Shown one piece after another: positions 18,110-26,981 of a DNA stretch of 32,000 bases (its first letter is position 1; every line of letters begins with the position of its first letter). This DNA is from Candidatus Kuenenia stuttgartensis (GTDB lineage: Bacteria > Planctomycetota > Brocadiia > Brocadiales > Brocadiaceae), in the NCBI RefSeq assembly GCF_900232105.1, contig NZ_LT934425.1, forward strand, positions 420,001 through 452,000, in the 5' to 3' direction. The notes under the pieces were generated by a model. It saw only the letters and a program-made list of their open reading frames with translations. It was not told the origin of the DNA and did no database searches. The translations under genes and the position numbers were made by a program.

Positions 18110-19798
18110 ATGCCAATCAGAAAAATCCGCCAAAAAATCAGAGACATTCACCGCCTGAACAAAATCATGAGGATTCTGGGCAAGCACGGGTTCGGTTTTG
18201 TTATTCAACGACTCCATCTGGAAAACTATGCCTTCGGCAAGAGCGTTATCAAAAACCGTTTTTTCAGATATTTTGCGGAAAAACAGGAACCCCGCTCCGT
18301 TCGTCTTAGAAAGGTGCTGGAAGAACTTGGCCCTACTTTTATAAAATTTGGACAAATCTTAAGTGTCAGACCTGATTTAATCCCCTTGGATCTTTGCGAA
18401 GAACTGAGCAAATTGCAGGACCGGGTGCCGCCATTTCCTTATGAAGACGTCAAAAAACAGATAAAGGACTCTTTTGGGAAATTACCCGAAGAGTTATTTT
18501 CTTCATTTGATCCCGTGCCGTTCGCTGCTGCATCTTTGGGACAGGCACATAAAGCGCGGCTTCACACCGGTGAAAATGTGGTAATAAAGGTACAAAGGCC
18601 AAACCTCAACAAAATAATTACCACAGATATGGATATCCTTAACACGTTTGCCCAGCTCGCAGACCGGTATATGCAAGATATAAGGATTCTCAACCCGATC
18701 ACCATTGTCGATGAATTTTCGAAGGTTATCACAAAAGAAATAGATTTTACCTACGAAGCGCACAATATGGATAAATTCCGGAAGAATTTTAAGGACAACA
18801 AAACCGTACATATCCCGAAAGTATATTGGGATTACACAAGGCCAATGGTGATGACTACTGAAGAAATACATGGGATACGGCTGAATGAGTATCTGCTTCA
18901 GCCGCACACTACTGAAGAAAAAAAAACCGTAGCGGTAAACGGGGCAAATGCAGTGCTTCAGCAAATATTCATAGACGGTTTCTTTCATGCAGACCCCCAT
19001 CCTGGCAATATTTTTGTTCTTCCCAATAATGTTTCCGCCTTTATCGATTTCGGGATTGTGGGCAGGCTTGATGAAGAGACGCGCGATGCTATCATTACGC
19101 TGCTCATTGCAGTATCTAAAAAAAATATACCCGGCATTATCAAGGCTTTAGAGCTGTTAGGGGCAATTGATGAAGAAAATCCTATCCGCGATCTAAAGAA
19201 TGATATCAGCGAATTTTTAGAACGATATTACGATATCCCGTTAAAACAAATAGAAGTCCCTGCAATGTTACACCAGACCCTCGATTTAATGACACGGCAC
19301 AAACTAAAAATCCCCCCCCAATTTCATCTTCTCTTTAAAACATTTGCCACCATAGACGGAGTTGCCAGACAATTAGACCCTGAATTCAATTCCATACTTC
19401 ATACAAAACCATTCGTAGAAAAACTTGTGCATGAACGCTATGATCCAAGGCGCATATTCAAAGATATAGAGATGTATTCCAATGAATTGTTCGACATTTT
19501 AAAGTATATTCCAAAAGACGCCTTTGAAATCTTAAGGAAGATTAAAAAGGGAACTTTAAAAATAGAATTTGAACATCAGGGCCTTTCAAAATTTATCTCC
19601 GAAATGGACAAATCAAGCAACCGGGTTTCATTCAGTCTCGTTATTTCCGCCCTTATTATAGGCTCTTCCCTCATTATCATGGCCAATAAAGGACCGTTGG
19701 TGTATGGTTTTCCGGCACTGGGTATATTGGGATTTGTATTTGCGGGTATCCTGGGAATGGGGTTGGCAGTAGGCATCCTGAAATCAGGCCGTTTGTAA
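18110..19798 (+). CDS. ubiB: ABC1/UbiB atypical kinase family protein
   Basis: Motifs present are LEELGPTFIKFGQILSVRPDL, AAASLGQAHKARL, VIKVQRP and FHADPHPGNIFV. Two C-terminal TM helices follow. Confidence 0.88.
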   Translation: MPIRKIRQKIRDIHRLNKIMRILGKHGFGFVIQRLHLENYAFGKSVIKNRFFRYFAEKQEPRSVRLRKVLEELGPTFIKFGQILSVRPDLIPLDLCEELSKLQDRVPPFPYEDVKKQIKDSFGKLPEELFSSFDPVPFAAASLGQAHKARLHTGENVVIKVQRPNLNKIITTDMDILNTFAQLADRYMQDIRILNPITIVDEFSKVITKEIDFTYEAHNMDKFRKNFKDNKTVHIPKVYWDYTRPMVMTTEEIHGIRLNEYLLQPHTTEEKKTVAVNGANAVLQQIFIDGFFHADPHPGNIFVLPNNVSAFIDFGIVGRLDEETRDAIITLLIAVSKKNIPGIIKALELLGAIDEENPIRDLKNDISEFLERYYDIPLKQIEVPAMLHQTLDLMTRHKLKIPPQFHLLFKTFATIDGVARQLDPEFNSILHTKPFVEKLVHERYDPRRIFKDIEMYSNELFDILKYIPKDAFEILRKIKKGTLKIEFEHQGLSKFISEMDKSSNRVSFSLVISALIIGSSLIIMANKGPLVYGFPALGILGFVFAGILGMGLAVGILKSGRL

Positions 19799-19833
19799 AT
19801 ACTGTAGTATTTTTCAGAAGGATTTTTAGTGCC

Positions 19834-20721
19834 GTGGATGAACTTATTGATTCCTTTATAAACTATCTTCTTGTTGAATGTGGTTCAGCCATGAACACCA
19901 TTCATGGCTACCAAAGCGACCTGCAGCTTTTTATAAAATTCTTATTAAGCAAAAATATTCATGATTTCAACACTATCCGTCCGAATATCATAACAAGCTT
20001 CATTATTTCTGAAAAACAACGGGGACAATCGGTAAATTCTATTAACCGTGCAATTGTTTCCATCCGCATGTTTTATAAATTCCTTATCCTTGAAGGAAAA
20101 CTGCAAAAAAATCCCCTTGTATCCCTCGACAGTCCAAAACTATGGAAAAAATTACCTTATGTATTGCCGATACACAAAATCGAAGACCTCCTTTCCGCCG
20201 CAGACGTCAAAACAAAACTAGGCATCCGGAATAAAGCCATTCTCGAACTACTCTATGCTACCGGCGCAAGGGTATCCGAAGTAGCCACAATATCGCTGAA
20301 CGGAATAAACCTGGAATATGGATATATAAAATGCAAGGGCAAAGGTTCCAAGGAACGAATCGTACCTCTTGGGAAAAAAGCGTCCATCGCCATACAGGAA
20401 TATTTGACGACCGTAAGGCCGCAAATCAAAAACAGCCAGAACAGTCATTATTTATTCTTATCGAGGACGGGACGGCCATTACGGAGAGAAAACATCTGGC
20501 TTATTGTAAAAAATTGTGCATTAAAAGCGGGAATTACCGAAGCTATTTCTCCACATAAGTTAAGGCATTCATTTGCGACACATTTGCTGGAAAACGGGGC
20601 AGACTTACGGGCTGTCCAGGAAATGTTAGGCCATGTAAGCATCTCTACTACGCAAATATACACGCATGTTAACAAACAACATCTTAAAGCCATCCACCAA
20701 AAATTTCACCCGCGTGCTTAA
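19834..20721 (+). CDS. xerD: Tyrosine site-specific recombinase, XerC/XerD family (XerD-like)
   Basis: It uses a GTG start. Motifs present are LYATGARVSE, GKGSKERIVPLG, HKLRHSFATHLLENGADLRAVQEMLGH and TTQIYTHV, giving the R-H-R-Y catalytic set. Confidence 0.8.
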   Translation: MDELIDSFINYLLVECGSAMNTIHGYQSDLQLFIKFLLSKNIHDFNTIRPNIITSFIISEKQRGQSVNSINRAIVSIRMFYKFLILEGKLQKNPLVSLDSPKLWKKLPYVLPIHKIEDLLSAADVKTKLGIRNKAILELLYATGARVSEVATISLNGINLEYGYIKCKGKGSKERIVPLGKKASIAIQEYLTTVRPQIKNSQNSHYLFLSRTGRPLRRENIWLIVKNCALKAGITEAISPHKLRHSFATHLLENGADLRAVQEMLGHVSISTTQIYTHVNKQHLKAIHQKFHPRA

Positions 20722-20746
20722 ACAAATTCGTATATAAGAAGCGTAG

Positions 20747-20774
20747 GGTGGATTAAGCGACAAGCGAATCCATC
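20747..20774. repeat. REP-like hairpin GGTGGATT-N12-AATCCATC just after the xerD stop
   Basis: The stem is 8 bp with one G.U. The loop is aagcgacaagcg. It begins 26 nt after the stop. Confidence 0.5.
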
Positions 20775-20969
20775 AAAATAACGGCAGCGAAAACGAACAA
20801 ATACCAAAGACTTTACCAGCAACACGGTTGGTATTCCATTACGAAGGGGTGCATTCCTGATTTTTTATAACTTCCGCCATATTTTAATGATACGTTACAA
20901 TAGTGTTAACCCTGACAGGGTTGTTTCGTCCTGAACCCATTAACGGTTACAAAAAATCAGGGAAATATA

Positions 20970-21025
20970 GGGACACTTCCCTTATTTTTCCAACAAGATC
21001 AAGCAAGTAATATGGGAAGTGTCCC
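20970..21025. repeat. Inverted pair of the 12-mer GGGACACTTCCC (32-nt spacer)
   Basis: Arms are 20970-20981 and 21014-25 (GGGAAGTGTCCC). A third copy lies at 28459-28470. Confidence 0.7.
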
Positions 21026-21084
21026 CTAATTATCCCTTTAACTCCGCCATTTATGGCGGAGATTCGCATGGTTAAACATTGGCT

Positions 21085-21165
21085 TTAGCCATGATTTTTG
21101 CAAAGAATTAGTTCACGATTCTTTGTTCTCCAAACTGCATGTATCCATATTTTGACGAATGACAT
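21085..21165 (-). pseudogene. N-terminal remnant (26 codons) of an IS200/IS605-family, RAYT-like Y1 transposase
   Basis: MSFVKIWIHAVWRTKNRELILCKNHG then a stop. IWIHAVW.TKNR is the conserved N-terminal strand of this family. The rest of the gene is missing. The longer 98-aa track ORF only adds translated REP hairpins. Confidence 0.6.
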
Positions 21166-21179
21166 ATTCCATTCATTCA

Positions 21180-21330
21180 GGGCTAAAGCCCTTTTGTTTT
21201 GGGTTCCTTCTGTCCCCAGCCTAAAGGCTGGGGTTAGGTCATTGGATTCTTTCTGTCCACAGCCCCAAGATTGTGGTTGGTTCATCGGACACTCCCTACA
21301 TCCCAACCTCAGACTGAAGGCCGGAGGTTG
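21180..21330. repeat. Cluster of four short GC-rich REP-like hairpins
   Basis: The hairpins are GGGC-TAAA-GCCC (21180-91), CCCCAGCC-TAAA-GGCTGGGG (21214-33), CCACA-N10-TGTGG (21257-76) and CAACCTC-N13-GAGGTTG (21304-30). They lie directly upstream of the transposase remnant. Confidence 0.7.
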
Positions 21331-21423
21331 TTTCCCTCGTCTCTCGCCCCTCGTGATGGGGGCATTCCTCATTTTTTGCAAAAAAACAATTAGTAGGGGC
21401 TAATAGTAACCCAAACTTCCCTA

Positions 21424-21447
21424 TCTGCGTGCAACGCACAGGCAGGC
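21424..21447. repeat. Copy of the TCTGCGT-N7-ACAGGCAGGC motif
   Basis: The sequence is TCTGCGTgcaacgcACAGGCAGGC. Confidence 0.6.
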
Positions 21448-21517
21448 AGCTTGAGTGTTAAATAGCACAAGCATCTTGCTTGTGATACAATGTGTGAAAA
21501 TTTACAAAAGACAATTT

Positions 21518-21546
21518 GCCTGTCTGCGTATACCGTACTGGCAGGC
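21518..21546. repeat. Copy of the CCTGTCTGCGT-N7-ACTGGCAGGC motif
   Basis: The sequence is gCCTGTCTGCGTataccgtACTGGCAGGCc. Confidence 0.6.
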
Positions 21547-21581
21547 CAACCTGAACCCGCAGGGAAAGCCTTCTTATGGGC

Positions 21582-21621
21582 GGCCCCACATTGCTTGTCC
21601 CGTGCGTGGTTGGCCTTTTTT
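21582..21621 (+). terminator. Candidate intrinsic terminator (GGCCCCAC ... GTGG-tt-GGCC plus T6)
   Basis: The stem is 8 bp with a 2-nt bulge and a 16-nt loop, followed by TTTTTT at 21616-21621. It sits immediately upstream of the consensus promoter. Confidence 0.35.
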
Positions 21622-21626
21622 AAATA

Positions 21627-21654
21627 TTGACAATGGAATTGCGTTGTCTATAAT
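21627..21654 (+). promoter_or_regulatory. Near-consensus sigma70 promoter TTGACA-N16-TATAAT
   Basis: TTGACA lies at 21627-21632 and TATAAT at 21649-21654. Both hexamers are perfect. It lies about 175 nt upstream of the surface-protein ATG. Confidence 0.55.
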
Positions 21655-21827
21655 GCACGCACTATTTTACCCTATAAACCTTTACATATTTAATAAGGGC
21701 AATACTTATGAAAAAAAGGAGCCATATTTTTACCTTTTCGATAGTGCTTTCATTGCTATTTTGTTTTGCTTTTCCTTTTAATTCTATATTAAAAAAATGG
21801 AAATTATAAATTTAGGAGACATTAAAC

Positions 21828-23028
21828 ATGAGAGATAAAAACAAAAGCTATTTAAGAGAGGGCATTATTACAGTAATTTTGCTTTCATTTATGTTTTTAG
21901 TAAACATTTTGCAGGTAAGAATAGCGTTGGGGATAGAAATAATAAGCGGAGGAACTGGTGCTCTAAGCCTTAGCAAGAGCGAAGCCTTTCTTAATGGTGA
22001 TACTATAATAATAACCTTAATTGATAGCGATCTAAATGTATCAAGCTCCGCAGATACTGGTACTGTGAAATTAATATCATCAGATACAGGGAGTAGTGGC
22101 ATAAATCTTACAATGACAGAGAACAACTCCAATTCAAGTACGTTCTTAGGAACATTTATTACAGCTTCCTCCACAAATCAGAACATTTCTCCTGTTCAAG
22201 TAAAAGCTATTGCCAACGGGACTATTGCGGTAGTGTATCAGGATGCAAGTCCTGCGGCTGACGTTACGGCAAATGTAAGCACCAAAAATTTTGGTGCTGT
22301 ACTTGATATTACGGCAGATCATGTAGCGATTGGCGGAAATGCCGTTGTATCCTTGTATGACCCGGAAACAAATGCCTCGATATCTTATGCAAATGTTGCC
22401 AATGTAAACGTTAAATCCACTACGGATTCAACGGGCACTACATTGAGGTTGACTGAAACGGGTAACGATACGGGGTCATTCCTTGGAACGATTGCCGTAA
22501 GTGCCAGCGATACATTGGTAAATACCCGTATTAAATCAGCGGTTGGCGATACTATAACGGTTTCATTTACCGACAATCCTGATGCGGATGGTGCTATTAG
22601 CATAGTTTCCGATACCGCAGAGGTTGTTGAGGCGGGAACGATTGATTCTAGCGCACCCTCTGGTTCGATAGCTATAAACGATGGCGATATATATACAAAA
22701 ACCACTTCTGTAACCCTGAATCTTTCTGCAACAGACAACACGGGAGTTACTGGCTATTATTTGTCAGCAAGCTCAACGACTCCGTCATCTTCTGATTCAA
22801 GTTGGATATCAGTATCATCGACCACCAGCTACAGCGCAAACGTCTCGTACACATTAAGCAACGGAGATGGTTCAAAGACGTTGTATGTGTGGTACAAAGA
22901 CGCCGCAGGGAATGTTTCAAGTACTGCCAGTGATTCCATCACTTTAGATACCACTGCCCCAACGGTATCAATAACCAGCCCAACACCCGATGCTACCTAT
23001 TCAACCACAAGCAGTACCATAAGCCTAG
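21828..23028 (+). pseudogene. 5-prime part of an IS-disrupted large secreted/cell-surface protein
   Basis: AGGAG lies 8 nt upstream. An N-terminal signal-anchor helix is followed by two tandem modules of about 100 aa ending in (T/S)ETGN(D/N)(T/S)(G/S)(S/T)FLGT, then Ig-like repeats. The frame is broken by the IS at 23029, and the IS end supplies the TGA. Confidence 0.8.
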
Positions 23029-23070
23029 CGTGAGTTTATCACGAAATAAGGTGTAAGACAAAGACATCAA

Positions 23071-23110
23071 GTTGCAATCCAATGATTTGTATCGGGTTGC
23101 GACTTTTTTT
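23071..23110 (+). terminator. Intrinsic terminator inside the IS left end
   Basis: GTTGCAATCC-N13-GGGTTGCGAC forms a 10-bp stem with two G.U pairs, followed by T7 at 23104-23110. Its position would block read-through into the transposase gene. Confidence 0.55.
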
Positions 23111-23226
23111 GTCTAAAAAATTATGTATACACTGAATAATACTATATTTATATTGCATTATATGCCTGTATATACTATTATACACGGAGTATTAATCTAT
23201 TACGTATACACTAACAACTAATAGCC

Positions 23227-24963
23227 ATGGCTACCATTCAATCTAAAAACTCCAGAGGTTATAAATATTGGTATATTGTCGAATCGCGGCGCGTTAACGG
23301 CAAGCCCAGGCCCATCGTCCTGGCCTATCTTGGCAAGGCAGACGATTTATTAAAACAACTGCAAGGTCTTACCGAAAAATTACGGCTCAAATCTTATTCA
23401 CATGGCGCGGTAGCCGCATTGCTAAGTGTGGCCAATGCCCTGGACGTCCCTTCCGTGATTAATAAATATATAAAGTCGCCACGGCAGTATTGTGCTAAAA
23501 AACCTGTTCGAAATAATCTGACCGCCGGAAGTACCCTCTTGTTGGGTGCCGTGGGGAGAGTGTGTGTGCCTACCAGCAAAAGAGGATGGTGGGATTGGGC
23601 AAAGACGACTACTGCCGAATACTTACTCAGACACAGCTTGAGTAAAATAGACAGTCAGCATTTCTGGGATTTGATGGATGCACTTCCTGAAGAATCCATT
23701 GCAGAAATCGAGCGCGAATTAATTGAAAAGACATTTAAAACATACAACCTTCAAAGCGACACACTGTTTTTTGATACAACCAATTTTTTCACGTATATCG
23801 ACACAACTAATCTGCGATGCACTATTGCCCGGCGGGGGAAAAACAAACAAAAGCGATACGATCTCAGGCAGGTCGGGTTGGCGATGGTCGTTACACGTAA
23901 CGACATGATACCGTTGTTTCACCATACCTATCAGGGGAACATGGCGGATGCAAAGGTGTTCAGCGCGGTTCTTGAGACGATAAAAGACAGGATGACCGGA
24001 TTAGGTTTCGACAGCAAAAAGCACACTATTGTTTTTGATCGTGGAAACAATTCCATGGACAATATGGCTATTGTAGAGAGATTGGCATTGCATTACGTTG
24101 GAGCGCTTACACCGTATCATCACAAGCAGTTGGTAGGGGATGCCATGTGTAATTTCAGGGAATATGACGTTGACGGCAGTAAGATACAGGTGTACCATGA
24201 CAAACGGGTTATTTGGGGGCAGGAAAGAACCGTTGTCGTATTTATTTCCGAGAAATTAAAGGTTGGGCAATTAAGGGGAATGTCTCAGTCTCTGGAAAAG
24301 GCAGAACATCAGTTAAAGCTCTTACAGCAGCATCTGTGTAATCCAAAGGGAAAGATGCGGGACAAAGAGGGTCTGGAGGATACGATAAGAAGTGTAGTGA
24401 AATGTCAATTTGCGAAGGATGTTATCGATTGGTCGTTAAAAGAGGTATCTGAAGGCAAGTTTCAATTGAATTTTTCAATCGACCAGAAAAAGCTCGAAGA
24501 AATAGAAGGGGAACTGGGGTTCAGGATTCTTATGACAGACCATCACGATTGGGATACCGCGGACATTATAAAAGCCTACTATGGGCAATCAAAAATTGAA
24601 CATGCCTTTAGAAATCTCAAGAACCCCTATCACCTTGCTTTAAAACCGCAATTTCACTGGACGGATCAGAAAATCAGGGTGCATTTTTTTATTTGCGTCC
24701 TCGGATACCTAATGGCGGCGATTGTGTGGTATCAGGCAAAAGCGCACGCACAATTTAGTGGAACGTTAGATACCCTGTTAGACACCCTTAATAATATAAG
24801 GCTTTCTGCTATGCTTGAAGAAACAAAGGCCAGAGGGAGAGTTAAGGCTACCTACAAATTGGAAGAAATGTCCGACAAGGAATCTCTGTTGATGAATGCG
24901 TTAGGCATTATGGATTTCCACAAACATCGGCTGAAACTTCAAGGACTCAGTGTATACAATTGA
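23227..24963 (+). CDS. DDE transposase, IS1634/IS4-family
   Basis: It is 578 aa. The N-terminus YKYWYIVESRRVNGKPRPIVLAYLG is typical of IS1634-group transposases. Candidate DDE residues lie in FFDTTNF, VFDRGNNS and YYGQSKIEHAFRNLK. The last reads Y-(2)-Q-(3)-E-(6)-K, the IS4 signature with R replaced by Q. Confidence 0.8.
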   Translation: MATIQSKNSRGYKYWYIVESRRVNGKPRPIVLAYLGKADDLLKQLQGLTEKLRLKSYSHGAVAALLSVANALDVPSVINKYIKSPRQYCAKKPVRNNLTAGSTLLLGAVGRVCVPTSKRGWWDWAKTTTAEYLLRHSLSKIDSQHFWDLMDALPEESIAEIERELIEKTFKTYNLQSDTLFFDTTNFFTYIDTTNLRCTIARRGKNKQKRYDLRQVGLAMVVTRNDMIPLFHHTYQGNMADAKVFSAVLETIKDRMTGLGFDSKKHTIVFDRGNNSMDNMAIVERLALHYVGALTPYHHKQLVGDAMCNFREYDVDGSKIQVYHDKRVIWGQERTVVVFISEKLKVGQLRGMSQSLEKAEHQLKLLQQHLCNPKGKMRDKEGLEDTIRSVVKCQFAKDVIDWSLKEVSEGKFQLNFSIDQKKLEEIEGELGFRILMTDHHDWDTADIIKAYYGQSKIEHAFRNLKNPYHLALKPQFHWTDQKIRVHFFICVLGYLMAAIVWYQAKAHAQFSGTLDTLLDTLNNIRLSAMLEETKARGRVKATYKLEEMSDKESLLMNALGIMDFHKHRLKLQGLSVYN

Positions 24964-25032
24964 TGTTGTGCTTAACGCATTGACTGTATTTATGTTACGT
25001 TGCTTCATGCCTTATTTTGTGATAAACTCACG

Positions 25033-26541
25033 CTAGGCGGAAGCGCATCTGACAGCACCAGCGGGGTAAGCAGCGTTGTATGGTCAAATAGCTCTACAGG
25101 CAGCAGCGGAACTGCAAGCGGCACAACAAGCTGGTCTGTTTCAAATATAAATCTTTCTGAAGGGAGCAACTCCATAATGGTAACGGCAACTGATAATGCG
25201 GGAAATACGGCAACGGATTCAATTACTGTTACCTATTCCGAACCGCAACCCACTCCTTCGCCAATACCTATAATAAATCCTCCAACAGTGGAAACTGATT
25301 CGGCAACAAATGTTTCAACCGGCTCTGCCACATTAAACGGTACGGTAAACGCCAATAACTCATCTACTATCGTATGGTTTGAATACGGAACAACAAATGG
25401 TGTTTATTCCTTTTTGTCATCAACACAATCCGTTAACGGTACGGCTGATACGTCAATAAGCATTAGCATCAGCGGCCTGTCAGAAGGCACAATGTATTAT
25501 TATCGTATTGCAGGACAAAACAGCGCAGGTACCAGCTATGGAGATGAAAAGAATTTTACGACTGAATCGTCCTGCATTGATGATTTCGAACCTAATGATG
25601 ACTTCGACGTGGCATACGGACCCTTGGAGTCGGGGAAAAGTTATGAGGGGAAATTGTGCAGTTCTTCAGACAGGGATTATTTTAAGTTTGAGTTGAAAAA
25701 TCCAGATGTACAGTTGATGCTTACTGTGCCAACTGATAATGATTATGACCTTTACCTGTATGATTCCTCGAAAAGTGAAATAAGCAACTCCGCAAATCCT
25801 AAAGGCACGGAAACGATTTCACACAACGACCTCGAAGCCGGTATGTATTATATACAGGTATCAGGTTACAGTGGATCATATAATACGGAAGATGTATATG
25901 TCCTTGTTGGTACATGGACGGCTGCAACAAGCACGACACCTGTACCAACCCCCGCCGAATTAGGCACTATATTTGGAAGTGTGGTTGATACGGATGGAAA
26001 GCCTGTTGCAAATGCAACTGTATTTACTGATAAAGGTGGATATTCGGCAAAAAACGGTTCTAATGGCATCTATCAATTGAACGATGTTGCGGAAGGGAGC
26101 TATTTACTGACCGCACTGGCGGAAGGCTACGGGTCAGTATCGCAGACAGTAACAGTTAAGGCAGGAGAAACAACGCAAGCTGATTTTACACTATTACGTG
26201 CGATAACACCTCCAACGCCTGTTCCTTCGCTTTCACCTTCATTTAGCCCGGTACCATCAACAACACCCACGCCGAGTACCTTAACAGGCAAAATATTCGG
26301 GTATGTTATGGATGAAATAGATAACCCTGTCAAAAAAGCAAAAGTAAGATGTAAGGGGAAAAACACAAAAGTAAAAGCAAATGCGACTACAACCAAGCAG
26401 GGCTATTTTGAATTTAACAATCTTAGCGCAGATTCTTACAAAATTACCGCTAAGAAAAAGGGTTTTAATAAATCAAAATATAACGTGAATCTTGAAGAAG
26501 GAGAGGAAAAGGAAATTGAGATTGTGCTGGAAGAAAAGTGA
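25033..26541 (+). pseudogene. 3-prime part of the IS-disrupted surface protein
   Basis: It is in frame with part 1 once the IS and one CTAG are removed. Domains in order: an Ig-like repeat (GSASDSTSGVSSVVWSN...ATDNAGN), an FN3-like domain (ATLNGTVNANNSSTIVWFEYGTT...YYYRIAGQNSAG), a pre-peptidase C-terminal-like domain (FEPNDDFDVAYG...DRDYFKF...YDLYLYD), and two CarboxypepD_reg-like domains. The track's TTG at 25000 is IS-derived. Confidence 0.8.
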
Positions 26542-26576
26542 TTATTTTTAAGAACAATTTAACAGGAGAATGAGAA

Positions 26577-26981
26577 ATGTATAAGATATTTATTTGTTTA
26601 GCAGTACTTTTTGTTAGCACGACAACTCTTTTTGCCGATAGGGTTAAAATTAATGATAAAGGTATTGCAGATGTTGAGTTTGAACCGATTGAGATTGGAG
26701 CAGGTAGTTTTGACTCACAAATATTTATAATTGGTAACATAGAGTCTGAAATTAAAGGTGTTATGGGATTTGCAGATATTGGTGGTGGTTATGGTAGTTA
26801 TGAAAGACAATTACCTATTACATCTACGTATAATAACGCATCACATTATTTTACTGTATCTTTGGCATACTCAGAATCAGACAAAGCAGTTATATGCATC
26901 CGGGAATGCTGGAATAATTCAGAGGAGGATTATGAATTTCCAGAACTGTATTTTGAATTAAGGTGGATGATATTAAAATAG
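26577..26981 (+). CDS. Hypothetical secreted protein (134 aa)
   Basis: AGGAG lies 8 nt upstream. It has a signal-peptide-like N-terminus MYKIFICLAVLFVSTTTLFA/DR. I recognise no family. It starts 35 nt after the surface-protein stop. Confidence 0.6.
   Translation: MYKIFICLAVLFVSTTTLFADRVKINDKGIADVEFEPIEIGAGSFDSQIFIIGNIESEIKGVMGFADIGGGYGSYERQLPITSTYNNASHYFTVSLAYSESDKAVICIRECWNNSEEDYEFPELYFELRWMILK

Larger units (their letters stand above)
23029..25032 (+). mobile_element. Intact insertion sequence, IS4 superfamily (IS1634-like), 2,004 bp
   Basis: The terminal IRs are CGTGAGTTTATCAC(G/A)AAATAAGG, matching at 22 of 23 positions. The flanking duplication is CTAG (23025-28 and 25033-36). It carries a single transposase ORF. 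Confidence 0.85.

Noticed and set aside
19834-20721. The XerD-like recombinase as the integrase of the adjacent accessory segment
   Set aside because: Its size and motifs fit chromosomal dimer-resolution XerC/D. It is tightly linked (35 nt) to ubiB in the housekeeping block. No att-like direct repeats were identified. This is not excluded, just unsupported.
21085-21781. Track ORFs 21085..21381 (-, 98 aa), 21098..21403 (+) and 21455..21781 (+)
   Set aside because: They mostly translate GC-rich REP hairpins, giving strings such as PAFSLRLG and TPAFRLG. Only the last 26 codons of the minus ORF look like real, remnant coding sequence.
25000-25032. TTG at 25000 as a genuine start of a 513-aa protein
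   Set aside because: The first 11 codons are the right end of the IS. The ORF is the 3-prime half of the interrupted gene, not an independent gene.
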